A stretch of 64,000 nt of DNA, taken from positions 1 through 64,000 of the IMG/VR virus record IMGVR_UViG_3300036884_000163, one strand, 5' to 3'. Every line of letters begins with the position of its first letter. The stretch's first letter is position 1. This document shows positions 46,517 to 56,304 of this stretch, piece by piece. The notes under the pieces were generated by a model that saw only the letters and a program-made list of their open reading frames with translations, had not been told where the DNA came from and made no database searches. The translations under genes and the position numbers were made by a program. Origin of the DNA: a virus.

Positions 46517-46729
46517 TTACTTCTTGCCAAGGGTAACGACATGCACCGTCGCCCGCGCCGTCTTCTGGGCTGCTTTCTTTGTCGCCTTCGCAATCGGGAT
46601 AGCGACATAGTTTCGTGTGACGACCGATCCCGCCCCGATGCCCAGACCGATGTAGAGGCTTTTGCTGTCCAAGGTGCCAGCGAAGGCCACCGAGGACAGC
46701 AGAAGAAGAATGGTCGCTAGGCGCTTCAT
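46517..46729 (-). CDS. small exported/membrane protein
   Basis: MKRLATILLLLSSVAFA-G signal peptide. Confidence 0.65.
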   Translation of the reverse strand: MKRLATILLLLSSVAFAGTLDSKSLYIGLGIGAGSVVTRNYVAIPIAKATKKAAQKTARATVHVVTLGKK

Positions 46730-47304
46730 TTCACCTCGTACTGCTTGCCGAAGACTCCTGCTTTCGAATTGAAATCAGCCCGGAAGTGCTTTGCAGATTT
46801 CAGATTGTTAAACAGAGCCTTAACTTCGTCATGGCCGGTGACCTTACCCTGGACGACTGGGAGCAACGCGAGTAGGGAAGTAAGCTCGGCAGCAACGGCG
46901 TCAAACACGGCGACAATCTTTACCTGCGTGCCGGCGTCGGTAACGTGCAATTCTGGCAGTAGGGCCGCCAGGTTGGTATTGATGACACCAATCAGGGTCT
47001 GGATCTCGACCAGGATGCCAGGTTTGGCGCCCGCAGCGGCGGCATTGTACTGATCGATCAGCCCCTTGACAGTGAGTAAATCGGCTTGCGCCGCGGTTGA
47101 CCATGCCTGTATCGCTGTCAGGGCTGTGGGCGGTATACCAAGACCGAAGGCTGCCAGGATGGCTAGCGCCGAGGTAATGGCTGGTCCCAGCAAAATGATG
47201 ATGTTGGAGGCTTCCGTGGTCCATGCGGTTGTGCAGGCCGTCGCGAACAAAAGCAAGTTGAGCAGAGCGAACAACAAAAAGAATCTGACAGCAAAGCGTT
47301 TCAT
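46726..47304 (-). CDS. lipoprotein, possible lysis accessory
   Basis: AGGGA RBS; lipobox FATAC. Confidence 0.7.
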   Translation of the reverse strand: MKRFAVRFFLLFALLNLLLFATACTTAWTTEASNIIILLGPAITSALAILAAFGLGIPPTALTAIQAWSTAAQADLLTVKGLIDQYNAAAAGAKPGILVEIQTLIGVINTNLAALLPELHVTDAGTQVKIVAVFDAVAAELTSLLALLPVVQGKVTGHDEVKALFNNLKSAKHFRADFNSKAGVFGKQYEVK

Positions 47305-47348
47305 GAAACATCCCTCCTTGGGATTGGTAATGAAAAGGCAGGTTGTAG

Positions 47349-47855
47349 TTAAGGATTTGGAAAGTACGGAGCGTGCCAGTCCATTACTTCCCAGCATTGA
47401 ACGTCTTTCCCGTCCCACAGCCACACGTCGTTGCCGTTCAAGTCGTGGGTATGAATTTGCTGCGTGCCATCCTTGAAAGTAATTTGGAGGTAAGGCCAGG
47501 GCGACTTCAGACCATCCCAAAATCCGGGTTGACCGTTGAAATTGAGCTTCAGCTCTTGCGCCTGCACTTTGTTGAACCACCTGATGCAGTTGTTTACGTG
47601 CCTCGCGTCGTCCGGCATGAGCGGAAAGAAGATTTTCATGTCGAGCGGTTGACCGCCGCGGTCCATGTCCATAACGTGATACTCGACGCCAATCTGCGGG
47701 ATGGTAAGCGGCGTCCCCGCAGGATCGGGATTGACGACTTGAAATGTCGAGAATTGGACTGTATCCACGTTTCCGGTCACGGTGAGCAGAACGCCTTGAG
47801 CGGCGCACGCGACAGAGCCTGCAAAGAGCAAGATGCTTAGAATTGCATGTTTCAT
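47349..47855 (-). CDS. exported hypothetical protein
   Basis: MKHAILSILLFAGSVACAA-Q; ATGA coupling to the endolysin. Confidence 0.65.
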   Translation of the reverse strand: MKHAILSILLFAGSVACAAQGVLLTVTGNVDTVQFSTFQVVNPDPAGTPLTIPQIGVEYHVMDMDRGGQPLDMKIFFPLMPDDARHVNNCIRWFNKVQAQELKLNFNGQPGFWDGLKSPWPYLQITFKDGTQQIHTHDLNGNDVWLWDGKDVQCWEVMDWHAPYFPNP

Positions 47856-48376
47856 GTTGTAGATCCTGTGTCAAACAATCCGGCTTCGATCCAGAGGCAA
47901 CTCATCCCGGCGTTCAAGAATACAGACCGCGCCTCGTCATTGGGCGAAACTGGGAACGTGCCCGTGAGCTGAAAGTGGGGGTCATCTTTCGGGCAGTGAA
48001 CGAATTCATCTCCCGAGTACATCCCTAGACTCTCGCCGAGGGCAATGATGCGCCGCCACACCGGACCCCAGATCGGATCATCCAGCTTCCACTCCGGTTT
48101 CCCCTGCGCGTCGAACGGCGCTACGTCCACGGCCATCCCGAAGTTGTGCCAAGAATGACCTGGCGGTGCGTTGGTCACGATCTTCAATGGATCAATAACC
48201 TTCCCGGTTTGGTCTCGGCCTTGAAGCCATATTTTTTGCTGGTCGTTCCAAGAGGCCAACCCACGGGTGACTCGTATGTCGATCCCCTCGTCCGCAAGCA
48301 GCGTAGCCTCTGCGCGAATCTTTCTCGCCAGCTGCGGATTCACGAGAGATAGCCGAGTTTCGGAAGAGGGGTCCAT
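47852..48376 (-). CDS. endolysin, M15 family (L-Ala-D-Glu peptidase-like)
   Basis: GR...G.IVTNAPPG.SWHNFGMAVD...D.PHFQ. Confidence 0.9.
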   Translation of the reverse strand: MDPSSETRLSLVNPQLARKIRAEATLLADEGIDIRVTRGLASWNDQQKIWLQGRDQTGKVIDPLKIVTNAPPGHSWHNFGMAVDVAPFDAQGKPEWKLDDPIWGPVWRRIIALGESLGMYSGDEFVHCPKDDPHFQLTGTFPVSPNDEARSVFLNAGMSCLWIEAGLFDTGSTT

Positions 48377-48675
48377 TACCAAAACCAGCAAACCAGTGCC
48401 ACCGCAACAACCGCGACGCCTGCACACAGCGACCACCATGGGAAGCCTACCTCGGGAAGACGTTTCGGCCCGGCGCTGTAGTCATTGAACTCCGATTCGA
48501 GCGGATCCGGAGGTACCGTACAGACTTGGGGATTAATGGAGGCAACGGTAGCCGCATAGAGCAGGGGATTGATGGAGGCAACGGGGACCGTTTGACAAGT
48601 TCTCGCTTGTCTCGATCTGATTGGCGTGACTTTCGCCACCTTCGCCTTCGCTTTTTTCTTCGCGTTTTTCTTCAT
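48376..48675 (-). CDS. basic protein with C-terminal TM
   Basis: Lys-rich N-terminus, VASINP twice, C-terminal hydrophobic helix. Confidence 0.6.
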   Translation of the reverse strand: MKKNAKKKAKAKVAKVTPIRSRQARTCQTVPVASINPLLYAATVASINPQVCTVPPDPLESEFNDYSAGPKRLPEVGFPWWSLCAGVAVVAVALVCWFW

Positions 48676-48678
48676 GTG

Positions 48679-49026
48679 TTACTTTCCCGCCGCCTCTACA
48701 TTCGCGGCTTTTACCTCAACCTTGGCGGCTTCGACCAGCGCCGTGGCATTGGGAATTCCCAGTGCCGTAGCCTGAGAAGCTGAAATTGTTTCGCCCTTAG
48801 CCAGCACTTGCGCCGGGCTGGAGTGGGTGTTGAAAGCCTTCGCGACAATGCCCAGTCCAATCAGGCCAGTCGCCCCGATGATCAGCAATCCATGCGTCCA
48901 TGCGGAAGGCAGAGTGAGTCCCAGGGCCGCGCAGGATTGCGTGACTAATACTGGGCCCCCAGCCAAGATGCCGAAGATTGTCGTTAAGTAACCTTGCAGA
49001 ATTGTCGCACTCCAGAAAGATTTCAT
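48679..49026 (-). CDS. putative holin
   Basis: Two TM segments, TTIFGIL...GLIGLGIVAK; upstream of the endolysin. Confidence 0.65.
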   Translation of the reverse strand: MKSFWSATILQGYLTTIFGILAGGPVLVTQSCAALGLTLPSAWTHGLLIIGATGLIGLGIVAKAFNTHSSPAQVLAKGETISASQATALGIPNATALVEAAKVEVKAANVEAAGK

Positions 49027-49038
49027 TTTCGGACTCCT

Positions 49039-49380
49039 TTACTTTCCCGCGTGCACGATCATGCTCGCTGCCCGGTTCCGGGCATCCCGCTGTTCCGTTT
49101 CAATGCGTCTGTGATCTTCAATATTAGCGGCGGCCATCGCTTGCAACGAAGCGCTGATTTTTGTGAGTTCCTCTAATTGCCGATCGCGCTGGGCATCGTC
49201 TTCAGCCTGCTTTAATTTCCATGCTCCAGTCGATGCCACCAGGTCGAGCACGGTACGCGCGCGCATTATCGAGTTCCGGTTTTGGCTGCTCAACCAGAGC
49301 ACAGCTGCCGTAACATAGCCGACTAACATGACGATGCTTGGCCCCCACTCGTGAACCAAACCGTAGCTTAGAATCTGCAT
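49039..49380 (-). CDS. membrane protein with coiled coil (lysis-associated)
   Basis: N-terminal TM plus coiled coil; GAGG RBS. Confidence 0.6.
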   Translation of the reverse strand: MQILSYGLVHEWGPSIVMLVGYVTAAVLWLSSQNRNSIMRARTVLDLVASTGAWKLKQAEDDAQRDRQLEELTKISASLQAMAAANIEDHRRIETEQRDARNRAASMIVHAGK

Positions 49381-49452
49381 TGATGTCAGTTCCCTCTCGT
49401 AGTTGATGACTGATTTGGCATCGCGAACAGCAGCTTCACGGTTAGCTTCTTC

Positions 49453-49887
49453 TTACCAGTGCGGACTTTCGGCAGGGGCGCATTCAAACATCAGCGGCAT
49501 AGTGGATGGATGAAGAGAAAACGTAGCCTTGGAATCTTCGTAACAGCGGCGGCACTTGCCGTCGATCAGCGACGGAAACACGCATGCTCTAGTCGAGCAG
49601 CGGCCTTCGAGGGCGCGGCTTAGCAAGCGGCCGTCCTCTGCTGTACGTTCTTGTTCTGAGAGGATGTAGGGGCCTTTGCTGCTGCCTCGGGTGGGCCAGC
49701 CGACGTGATACCGAATTCCAGCCGCGATTAAGGCCTTACTGACGCAGGTACTACTGACGCCGACCCTCGCGGCAATCTCATACTGGGGCTTGTGCTGCTT
49801 GCCCATGGCAAGCACGATCTCCCGCACGTTGGCGGTGAGTTTTATTTTATGTGGCATTTTGGGAATGGCTACGCAGGAATCACCCAA
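49453..49887 (-). CDS. HTH DNA-binding protein with C-terminal Cys cluster
   Basis: PQYEIAARVGVSSTCVSKAL; C....C...C..C. Confidence 0.65.
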   Translation of the reverse strand: MGDSCVAIPKMPHKIKLTANVREIVLAMGKQHKPQYEIAARVGVSSTCVSKALIAAGIRYHVGWPTRGSSKGPYILSEQERTAEDGRLLSRALEGRCSTRACVFPSLIDGKCRRCYEDSKATFSLHPSTMPLMFECAPAESPHW

Positions 49888-49891
49888 GATC

Positions 49892-49975
49892 GCCCTCAGT
49901 TTTGGTCAGGGAAGAGGCCCCCGCTCAGCTACCGGCTGAGAACTGTCCCCGTTGCCTTGGGCAGCACCGGGGACA
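49892..49975 (-). ncRNA. putative structured RNA element, copy A (hairpin-hairpin-pseudoknot)
   Basis: TGTCCCCG/CGGGGACA, CTCAGC/GCTGAG, CGGGGG-CCTC-TTCCCTG-ACCAAAACT-GAGG; homologous to 63385-63487. Confidence 0.6.
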
Positions 49976-50283
49976 AGCTTTGGAAATTGTTCACAGAGTT
50001 TCCCTATTTGACCATCTATTTACTAGAGAATCAAGGAGTTGAGACGATTTTCTTGTGGAAATCATGCACTCAATCTTCCTGCTCCGCGTGCTTCTGTGCT
50101 TCCACTGGTTTCGTCGCCCGCGTCTCAGAATGAATCGAGCACGGTCCGACGTGGTTGGGCGGCCGTACCTGGCAGTAGGTCGAGGCTCGCTGAATGTCTT
50201 TGTATCCAGGCAGCGGGATGACTTTATTGCAGCGCATACTGTCCCTTCAGTTTGCTGTGCATACACACAGTTTTTCAGTCTTG

Positions 50284-50685
50284 CTATTTAGGTACGGCTT
50301 GCAAGTTAGATGCTGGGTTCGGAGGCAGAAACGGAATGAGAGCCTTCGCCTCGTTTGACGTTGCGCTCACACCCCCAGGGCCAGTTGCCGCAACCACGTA
50401 GTAATAAGTGGCTCCCTCAGTCAGTACGTTTCCAGTTCCCGATGTGTCCACGTAGGTGAACTGGGTCACCGGAGGACAGGTTGGCTGGCCAGTTCCGCCG
50501 CAGATCGTTGCATACGGGCCGCCAGTTACGGTACCGCGCTGAACGATAAAGCCAGTCGCCTGACCTCCGTTGCCTTGAGTCCACGTCCATGATAACGTAA
50601 CGGTGTGTTGAGCAAGCGCGAAGGTAGGGCTTGCGATGAACAAAACGGTGATAAACAAAACGGTGAATAACAGTAGTTGTTTCAT
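50284..50685 (-). CDS. exported fibronectin type III protein
   Basis: Signal ...SPTFALA-Q; VTLSW...F.VQRG..TGGPY...YVD...TYYYVV.A...S..SNEA. Confidence 0.85.
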   Translation of the reverse strand: MKQLLLFTVLFITVLFIASPTFALAQHTVTLSWTWTQGNGGQATGFIVQRGTVTGGPYATICGGTGQPTCPPVTQFTYVDTSGTGNVLTEGATYYYVVAATGPGGVSATSNEAKALIPFLPPNPASNLQAVPK

Positions 50686-50963
50686 AATCTCCTTGATTTG
50701 CCAGCACCATAACTTGGACCCGTAATGATGCAATCGCAGCAATCATCACTACCATTCTCACAGAGTGGCTCCACGAGCGGCATGAAGTCCTGGGGATGGC
50801 GGGTGACAATGGGCAGGGCCACGCACCATCCTACATCTTCAATCTGTATGGTTAGATCGCAAGGTTTCAACTCGCCATCAAGAGCAGGTCCGCCTTCTAC
50901 TCCTACCGGCTGATCCTGCCCCCATGCCATCGTTGCCAGCAAAAGTACCAACGCGTATTTCAT
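50682..50963 (-). CDS. small exported Cys-rich protein
   Basis: MKYALVLLLATMAWG-Q; GAGGAG RBS. Confidence 0.65.
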   Translation of the reverse strand: MKYALVLLLATMAWGQDQPVGVEGGPALDGELKPCDLTIQIEDVGWCVALPIVTRHPQDFMPLVEPLCENGSDDCCDCIITGPSYGAGKSRRL

Positions 50964-50976
50964 TTATCTCCTCGGT

Positions 50977-53900
50977 TTAGTGGTCCGGGTAAGGACCATG
51001 AGTTCCACAGTATGCTCCAGCTGGGCATACATAGCCGTTTTGTGTCATCGCAGTGTTCATTTGGGTTGTATCGACTCCCTGCGTTTTGTATATGCTTGTT
51101 GCGTCATAAGCAAGGTTTGAGAGTGTGAGATTATTCGCCCAAGGTAACGCCATCAGTGGGCAATTAAACGGGGCATTCCCATTAGGGCACGCGCCTGTGG
51201 GGTAGGTAACTGTAGGACTGCTACCCATAAACCCGGAGTACCCAAGACAGGTTCCGTCTGCTGTCGAAGTCGCGCAGTTAACCGTAGTCGGAAAGTGGTT
51301 GGTGCAGTCAGTGACTCCAGCGGGACAACCTACCACACTCCAATTACTCCCCGTACCTTGGTTCTCTAAAACATTACGATAGAACTGGAAGCTCGCTAGA
51401 TCCCATGATTGAAATGCAGTCGTTCCTTCGCCCGCCGGAGCCGTGCTATAAACATCCGAACTGGCTCCCGTGTCGGTAGTCGCGAAAACATTGTCATGGA
51501 AGAAGTTGGAAATCGGCGAGTGCCATGCGCCGAAATTGGTAATTGCGAAGTTGTTTGGAGAAAGAAACGTGTTGTGCTGGAGTGTTATAAAACGTCCTAA
51601 TCCGGCACCATTATTGACAAGGCAGTTAGTTATTCCCGGTGCAGGCGCTGATGTTAAATTGTACTTGACAATCAATCCAATCGTCGCGGTTTCACCAATC
51701 GCATAGTTAGCCGTAGTTGATCCCGTCGCATAACCGTTGTCGGCGCAGGTAGTGTCTCCACCACCTATGTTATGCGCATAAACTCCATCACCGCCGGCAA
51801 TGGCAATCATCTTCCCCGCCAGCGAGGCAAACGTGAGCGTGCCAGAACCGATTGCTGTATTACAGGCGGCAAGAGTGCTGCAAACCGTTCCTGGGGTTGA
51901 TGCTGGGTCGTTGTAAACGATTGTTTGCCCTCCCGTGCCGTCGCTATAGCCTGCCCATTGTCCACTGGTCCCAGTCATGGCGAACGAACCGGCAGACAGT
52001 GCACCGGTATTTGGGCTAGTTCCTACGATGCTACTACCGACTATGATCGGACACGTCGTCCACGAAGCGCCGCTCGTAATACAAGTGCCAGCCGCAGAAG
52101 TGGAGAGTGTCGGGTCAAGACGGATACTGGCGTGCAAGATGGTAACGTTGTGACTGCTATCGACGGTAATACTCTGGATGTGGGCGGGACTCTTAATGTC
52201 GGTCTGGAAGGGGGAACAGTTCGCCGTTACCGTGTATAGGCTGGGCGAGACGGTGACGTAGGACATGGCGCAGGTATAGTTATTCCCGTTGCCAGAAGTC
52301 CACTGCCACATATGACCGGGCGTGTTGAACTGGTTAGTATCCCCAATATTGGTGAACAGGTTGTTGATGAAGTCGTTATGCCCCACGGGCAACGTGGTGC
52401 CACCGCCGTTTCCAGTGTTCATGTCGCCACGCCCAATCATCTGCACTGGATTCGGAGCATTGCGTATCCAGTTGTTGCTTAATCGCACATTATCAAGGTA
52501 AGAGGCAGGTCGTCCTGTAGCCGGATCGAATACTCCTGCCGCTTGTCCGCCAGAAGTGGCTTCAACAAGCAGTAGGACGGCGAATCCACTCTGCCCGTCC
52601 GACCATGTATTTTCTATGATATTTCCATCCACCAAATTACGGTGCCCCTCTTTCGCCTCAAAACTATTCTTGACGGACCACGGGAAAGGACAAGTGTTAT
52701 GCGATGCGTACTTGCTTTCGAACGTTCCGCATCCCCAAGGAGGAGCTGGACTGTTAGCTGCACCGCCTGTAAGGAGACGCCAATTCAGGTCTCGGCCAAG
52801 ATAGTTTTTACGGATTTCGTTATCCGACCCCGGTCCGCCATTTTGATCTGCTGGAGCGCCTCCAGAGAAAAGAGTTTCCGACCCTCCCTCCATCCAGTTG
52901 TTCACAATCTTCGTTGGTCCGTTATCGAAGCCGTAGGTGGCAGCCTTTGTTTCACTAGACCAATGATGAATCTTTTCAATATAACCATTCATTAGCCAGC
53001 CATTGTCGATGTTGAACGTAACGCCGGCAGATGAATCGTCTCCGCAGCCGGGGGTATAGTTTGACGGTGGATTGATTTGAAGATATTGGACCCCTGTTTG
53101 CGTTCCTGGTTGGCCGTTGATCGTCAGGACTGTGTTTGAGGTCGTCGGATCGAAATCGGAAATCGTGTAGTTGGCTCCGCCGCTGATCGAGCCTCCGGCT
53201 CCTGAGGGAAGATTAGACATCGTGCCGCCGATGTTGATTGTCGAAACGGGACTGACGGTGAACGTGGGGCCGAAAAACGTATTGCCGAACGCGAGGGTGG
53301 GAACCGTGCTCGTAAGCGTGACCGAACCATGCGTGCCGTCAGTGTTCGCCGTAGTGACCGTTCCGGAGTTGTACCATGATAAACAATTTCCGGTCGCATC
53401 CACGCTAGATCCAGTCGTTGGTTGGCCAGAATCGCCGGGATCCCATCCATGTACGTAGAAGCGGTCGAGTCCAACATAGTTCACCGACAAAGGTGACGCG
53501 GGTCGCGTAGCAAGAGGGTTACTTTGTCCGTGGAACAAAACGGGAACAGTAGAACCGTTCTTGCTTGGAGCCGCCCCTGGCTTCGTTGTGATCTCCACGT
53601 CGCGGATGACAATGTGATTGGTAACGTTGGTGGACGTGACCGGATCTACGCTCGCCTCAATGCCCGTGTCACCAGTAGCAGGAACAACATCAAGCATCAC
53701 CGTCCACATGCTCGCTTTGTCGTTGGGAAGCACTCCAGGATTTGTGTGTCCATCGCATCCGGGGTTACGCGCGCCACCAAAACCTGGAAGTCCGCGACCG
53801 CAGGCCATCACGCCAGCAGTGAGAGGAGTTGTTGATTCGAGCGTTAGGCATTGCGTGGGTTCTACGCCAGTGCTGGGGTTAGCTTTGCCAGGAAGGCTGA

Positions 53901-55611
53901 TGCAATTACCGTTGTGCACCCCTGCAAAGTCGGATGACGTACAGTGCAACACGGTTCCGGATGGAATCTTGATACGCCACGATTTGTCCAAGTAACCGCC
54001 CCCAATGGTGTTTCCACCATTGTCACGCCAGTTATAGCAGGCGTCGAGTAATCCAGCGGGCGTGAGAGCATAAGCCGCGCCAAGGGCTTCGCCTGCAACG
54101 TTTGGCCCATTGTTGACCGACGTTCCAAGAGTCAGGTCAACGTAGTAAGTTCCCCCAGGCGGATTGCAGACGGTATCGTCTACCCATTTGATTGGGAGCG
54201 CAGCGCAAGCGAGCGGGATCCCAAAGCAATCGCCCGAAGAAGGGGGAGGAGCAGGGCTGCCTACAACCGCTACTAAGTTAATGCCTCCGCTACCCGAAAC
54301 TGCCGCGAAGCGACCTACTCTTGTGCGTCCAGGGTTTGGCGCGACCTGGCCGGTGCCGGTAAGGCTAACGGTCTGAGTGCTGCCCCCAACGCCCCCGGAA
54401 TCGTCCGTCACGGTCAAGGTTCCGGTGCGCGTTCCTGTGGTAGTCGGAGTGAAGGTCACTGAGATTGTGCAAGAAGGATTAAGGCCTCCTGTCCCGGATA
54501 ACACACTAGGACAAGTATTCGTCTGGGCAAAGTCACCTGTGATCGAAATGGAAGCGATATTCAAATTTGTCGTGCCGCCGTTTGTCAATGTAACCGTTTG
54601 ACTGAAACTGGTGGTCCCGGTTTGCTGCGCAGCGTAAGTTAATGTATTAGGTGAAATCGTCGCATAAGAAGTAGTGATTACATATGCAGCGGACGCGACC
54701 GCAGAATCTGCAAGGCTGGCGGTCCCAGCCACGGCGTAGAGCGTTTCACTTACGTTTACAGTTACGCTTCCTCCGTTTGCAAGCGGTGTGCCCGTTGTGC
54801 AATTGATACCGTCCCCAGTGGTCTGCGGATTGGACATTAGGCCATAGCAAATCAAAGCACCCGTTGTTGAGCTGGTAATCGCAACGCTCAGAGCGCTGGA
54901 GGACGTGCCTCCGCCCGGATAAAATGTCGGCGTAGCGGCATTGGAGATTTCCGTAAAAGCAATCGCGCTCAGGGCGGCTTGCGCGGTGTCCTGCGTCCAT
55001 GCCGGCGCCGTGCCGCTCGACGTGTTGATGCTCGTGGCAAATCCTGAATTGCCGCTGAAATCTTGGTATGTGCTGTAGGGAGACGATACGGCGGTAGGAA
55101 TACTCCCCCAGATAATTTGATAGATCGCATCGCTCGATCCCGCCAATGTCAACGTGACTCCGGCGGGACTCGTCGTGTTCGTGGTCTGAGCCCTGGTTGC
55201 CGGACTTCCTGTATCCACTATGGCAGAGACGCCAGTGAAAGAAAGTTCCGTAGCCTCCACCCTCCATGCGAATGTAGTGGTGTCAGTTCGTGTCACCGTG
55301 ATCGTTGTGGCTCCGCTCGTGCTCGATAGGGTGTAAGCGCAATCCGAACCATTGGTTGTGCTCTGGACGCCATAGCAACCGGCGGGGTGAGTGTAAGTGC
55401 CTCCGCCGCTGACGCTGACAATCTGTTCCGCGTTGCTTAAAATGCCGAACCCTATAACAATGACGTGACCCGATCCTGTACTCGCTACGGTTATGTCGCA
55501 CGTCGCAGAGGTCGTGACGCAGGTGCCAGAGACAGCATGTTGCACCACGGCCCACGAGGCCCACGCGGGCGAGCCTATCAGCAGTATCAGCGAAAGTAGA
55601 AGTCGTCTCAT
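50977..55611 (-). CDS. exported multidomain beta-helix depolymerase/adhesin (beta-sandwich, CHB_HEX_C-like, ASH/choice-of-anchor D, pectate-lyase-like)
   Basis: Signal MRRLLLSLILLIGSPAWA; ATPTF.P.GGT; QTVTLTN.G...GDFAQTNTC...CTISVTFTP; GP.KIVNN..EG, VKN.FE.K...DGNI.EN. Confidence 0.85.
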   Translation of the reverse strand: MRRLLLSLILLIGSPAWASWAVVQHAVSGTCVTTSATCDITVASTGSGHVIVIGFGILSNAEQIVSVSGGGTYTHPAGCYGVQSTTNGSDCAYTLSSTSGATTITVTRTDTTTFAWRVEATELSFTGVSAIVDTGSPATRAQTTNTTSPAGVTLTLAGSSDAIYQIIWGSIPTAVSSPYSTYQDFSGNSGFATSINTSSGTAPAWTQDTAQAALSAIAFTEISNAATPTFYPGGGTSSSALSVAITSSTTGALICYGLMSNPQTTGDGINCTTGTPLANGGSVTVNVSETLYAVAGTASLADSAVASAAYVITTSYATISPNTLTYAAQQTGTTSFSQTVTLTNGGTTNLNIASISITGDFAQTNTCPSVLSGTGGLNPSCTISVTFTPTTTGTRTGTLTVTDDSGGVGGSTQTVSLTGTGQVAPNPGRTRVGRFAAVSGSGGINLVAVVGSPAPPPSSGDCFGIPLACAALPIKWVDDTVCNPPGGTYYVDLTLGTSVNNGPNVAGEALGAAYALTPAGLLDACYNWRDNGGNTIGGGYLDKSWRIKIPSGTVLHCTSSDFAGVHNGNCISLPGKANPSTGVEPTQCLTLESTTPLTAGVMACGRGLPGFGGARNPGCDGHTNPGVLPNDKASMWTVMLDVVPATGDTGIEASVDPVTSTNVTNHIVIRDVEITTKPGAAPSKNGSTVPVLFHGQSNPLATRPASPLSVNYVGLDRFYVHGWDPGDSGQPTTGSSVDATGNCLSWYNSGTVTTANTDGTHGSVTLTSTVPTLAFGNTFFGPTFTVSPVSTINIGGTMSNLPSGAGGSISGGANYTISDFDPTTSNTVLTINGQPGTQTGVQYLQINPPSNYTPGCGDDSSAGVTFNIDNGWLMNGYIEKIHHWSSETKAATYGFDNGPTKIVNNWMEGGSETLFSGGAPADQNGGPGSDNEIRKNYLGRDLNWRLLTGGAANSPAPPWGCGTFESKYASHNTCPFPWSVKNSFEAKEGHRNLVDGNIIENTWSDGQSGFAVLLLVEATSGGQAAGVFDPATGRPASYLDNVRLSNNWIRNAPNPVQMIGRGDMNTGNGGGTTLPVGHNDFINNLFTNIGDTNQFNTPGHMWQWTSGNGNNYTCAMSYVTVSPSLYTVTANCSPFQTDIKSPAHIQSITVDSSHNVTILHASIRLDPTLSTSAAGTCITSGASWTTCPIIVGSSIVGTSPNTGALSAGSFAMTGTSGQWAGYSDGTGGQTIVYNDPASTPGTVCSTLAACNTAIGSGTLTFASLAGKMIAIAGGDGVYAHNIGGGDTTCADNGYATGSTTANYAIGETATIGLIVKYNLTSAPAPGITNCLVNNGAGLGRFITLQHNTFLSPNNFAITNFGAWHSPISNFFHDNVFATTDTGASSDVYSTAPAGEGTTAFQSWDLASFQFYRNVLENQGTGSNWSVVGCPAGVTDCTNHFPTTVNCATSTADGTCLGYSGFMGSSPTVTYPTGACPNGNAPFNCPLMALPWANNLTLSNLAYDATSIYKTQGVDTTQMNTAMTQNGYVCPAGAYCGTHGPYPDH

Positions 55612-56303
55612 TATGGTTTCAACTCGATTGCGGCCGCTTTCCAAACGCCAGTAGTTTGAGTCGCCGTACAATCTATCGTGGCCGGCGAAGCGGACGTGTT
55701 ATCGACGAGCACTCCGTTATTTGCGGTAGTGGTCACCGCCTGACGTGGAGTTCCAACCGTCACCGTCATTACGTGGGTCGCACCGTCACCCAGTCCGCAG
55801 ACTATGTAATCGTTGCTATAGGATGTAGCCACGGCAATATCCGCCGTCGTGCTACTTCCATTGTTGACGCTTCCCGAACCCACCACGGCAGTAACCCCGG
55901 AATACCCTTCTTCCACTACAAAGCCGGTTCTCGCCGTAGTCCAGGATAAGATATAACTCGTGACTCCAGAAGGAACCGATGCTTGATAGAGGGACGCAAG
56001 AGGAGAGACTGCCGGACCCACGCTTAGAGCATTGCTCAGATTATCGACCCCACTCAGCGCGGTTATTGAGCTGCTGGTGTAAAGATAGATAATCGAAGTG
56101 CTTCCAGTGGCAGGCGACGGAGAGGGTGTGACTGTTACTGTTGAGTTTGAGGTAAACGTGGCCGCATATCCGTTGATCGCAGGCGTGATTGTTCCACCAC
56201 CGCCCGCCACCGGTGGTTTAGAACCCACCACGCTTAGCCACTGAAAGCCAGATCCAATTGCAATCAGCACTGCCAACGAAATGATGATTCCAAGTTTTCT
56301 CAT
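55611..56303 (-). CDS. exported beta-sandwich protein, paralog of the N-terminal domain of 50977..55611
   Basis: Signal MRKLGIIISLAVLIAIG; E.YSGV...D.IV.G...AAAIELK. Confidence 0.75.
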   Translation of the reverse strand: MRKLGIIISLAVLIAIGSGFQWLSVVGSKPPVAGGGGTITPAINGYAATFTSNSTVTVTPSPSPATGSTSIIYLYTSSSITALSGVDNLSNALSVGPAVSPLASLYQASVPSGVTSYILSWTTARTGFVVEEGYSGVTAVVGSGSVNNGSSTTADIAVATSYSNDYIVCGLGDGATHVMTVTVGTPRQAVTTTANNGVLVDNTSASPATIDCTATQTTGVWKAAAIELKP

Positions 56304-56304
56304 G

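Noticed and set aside
46726-47874. 382-aa ORF as a single gene
   Set aside because: Its 5' half overlaps the better-supported 47349..47855 gene; the RBS and lipoprotein signal place the start at 47304.
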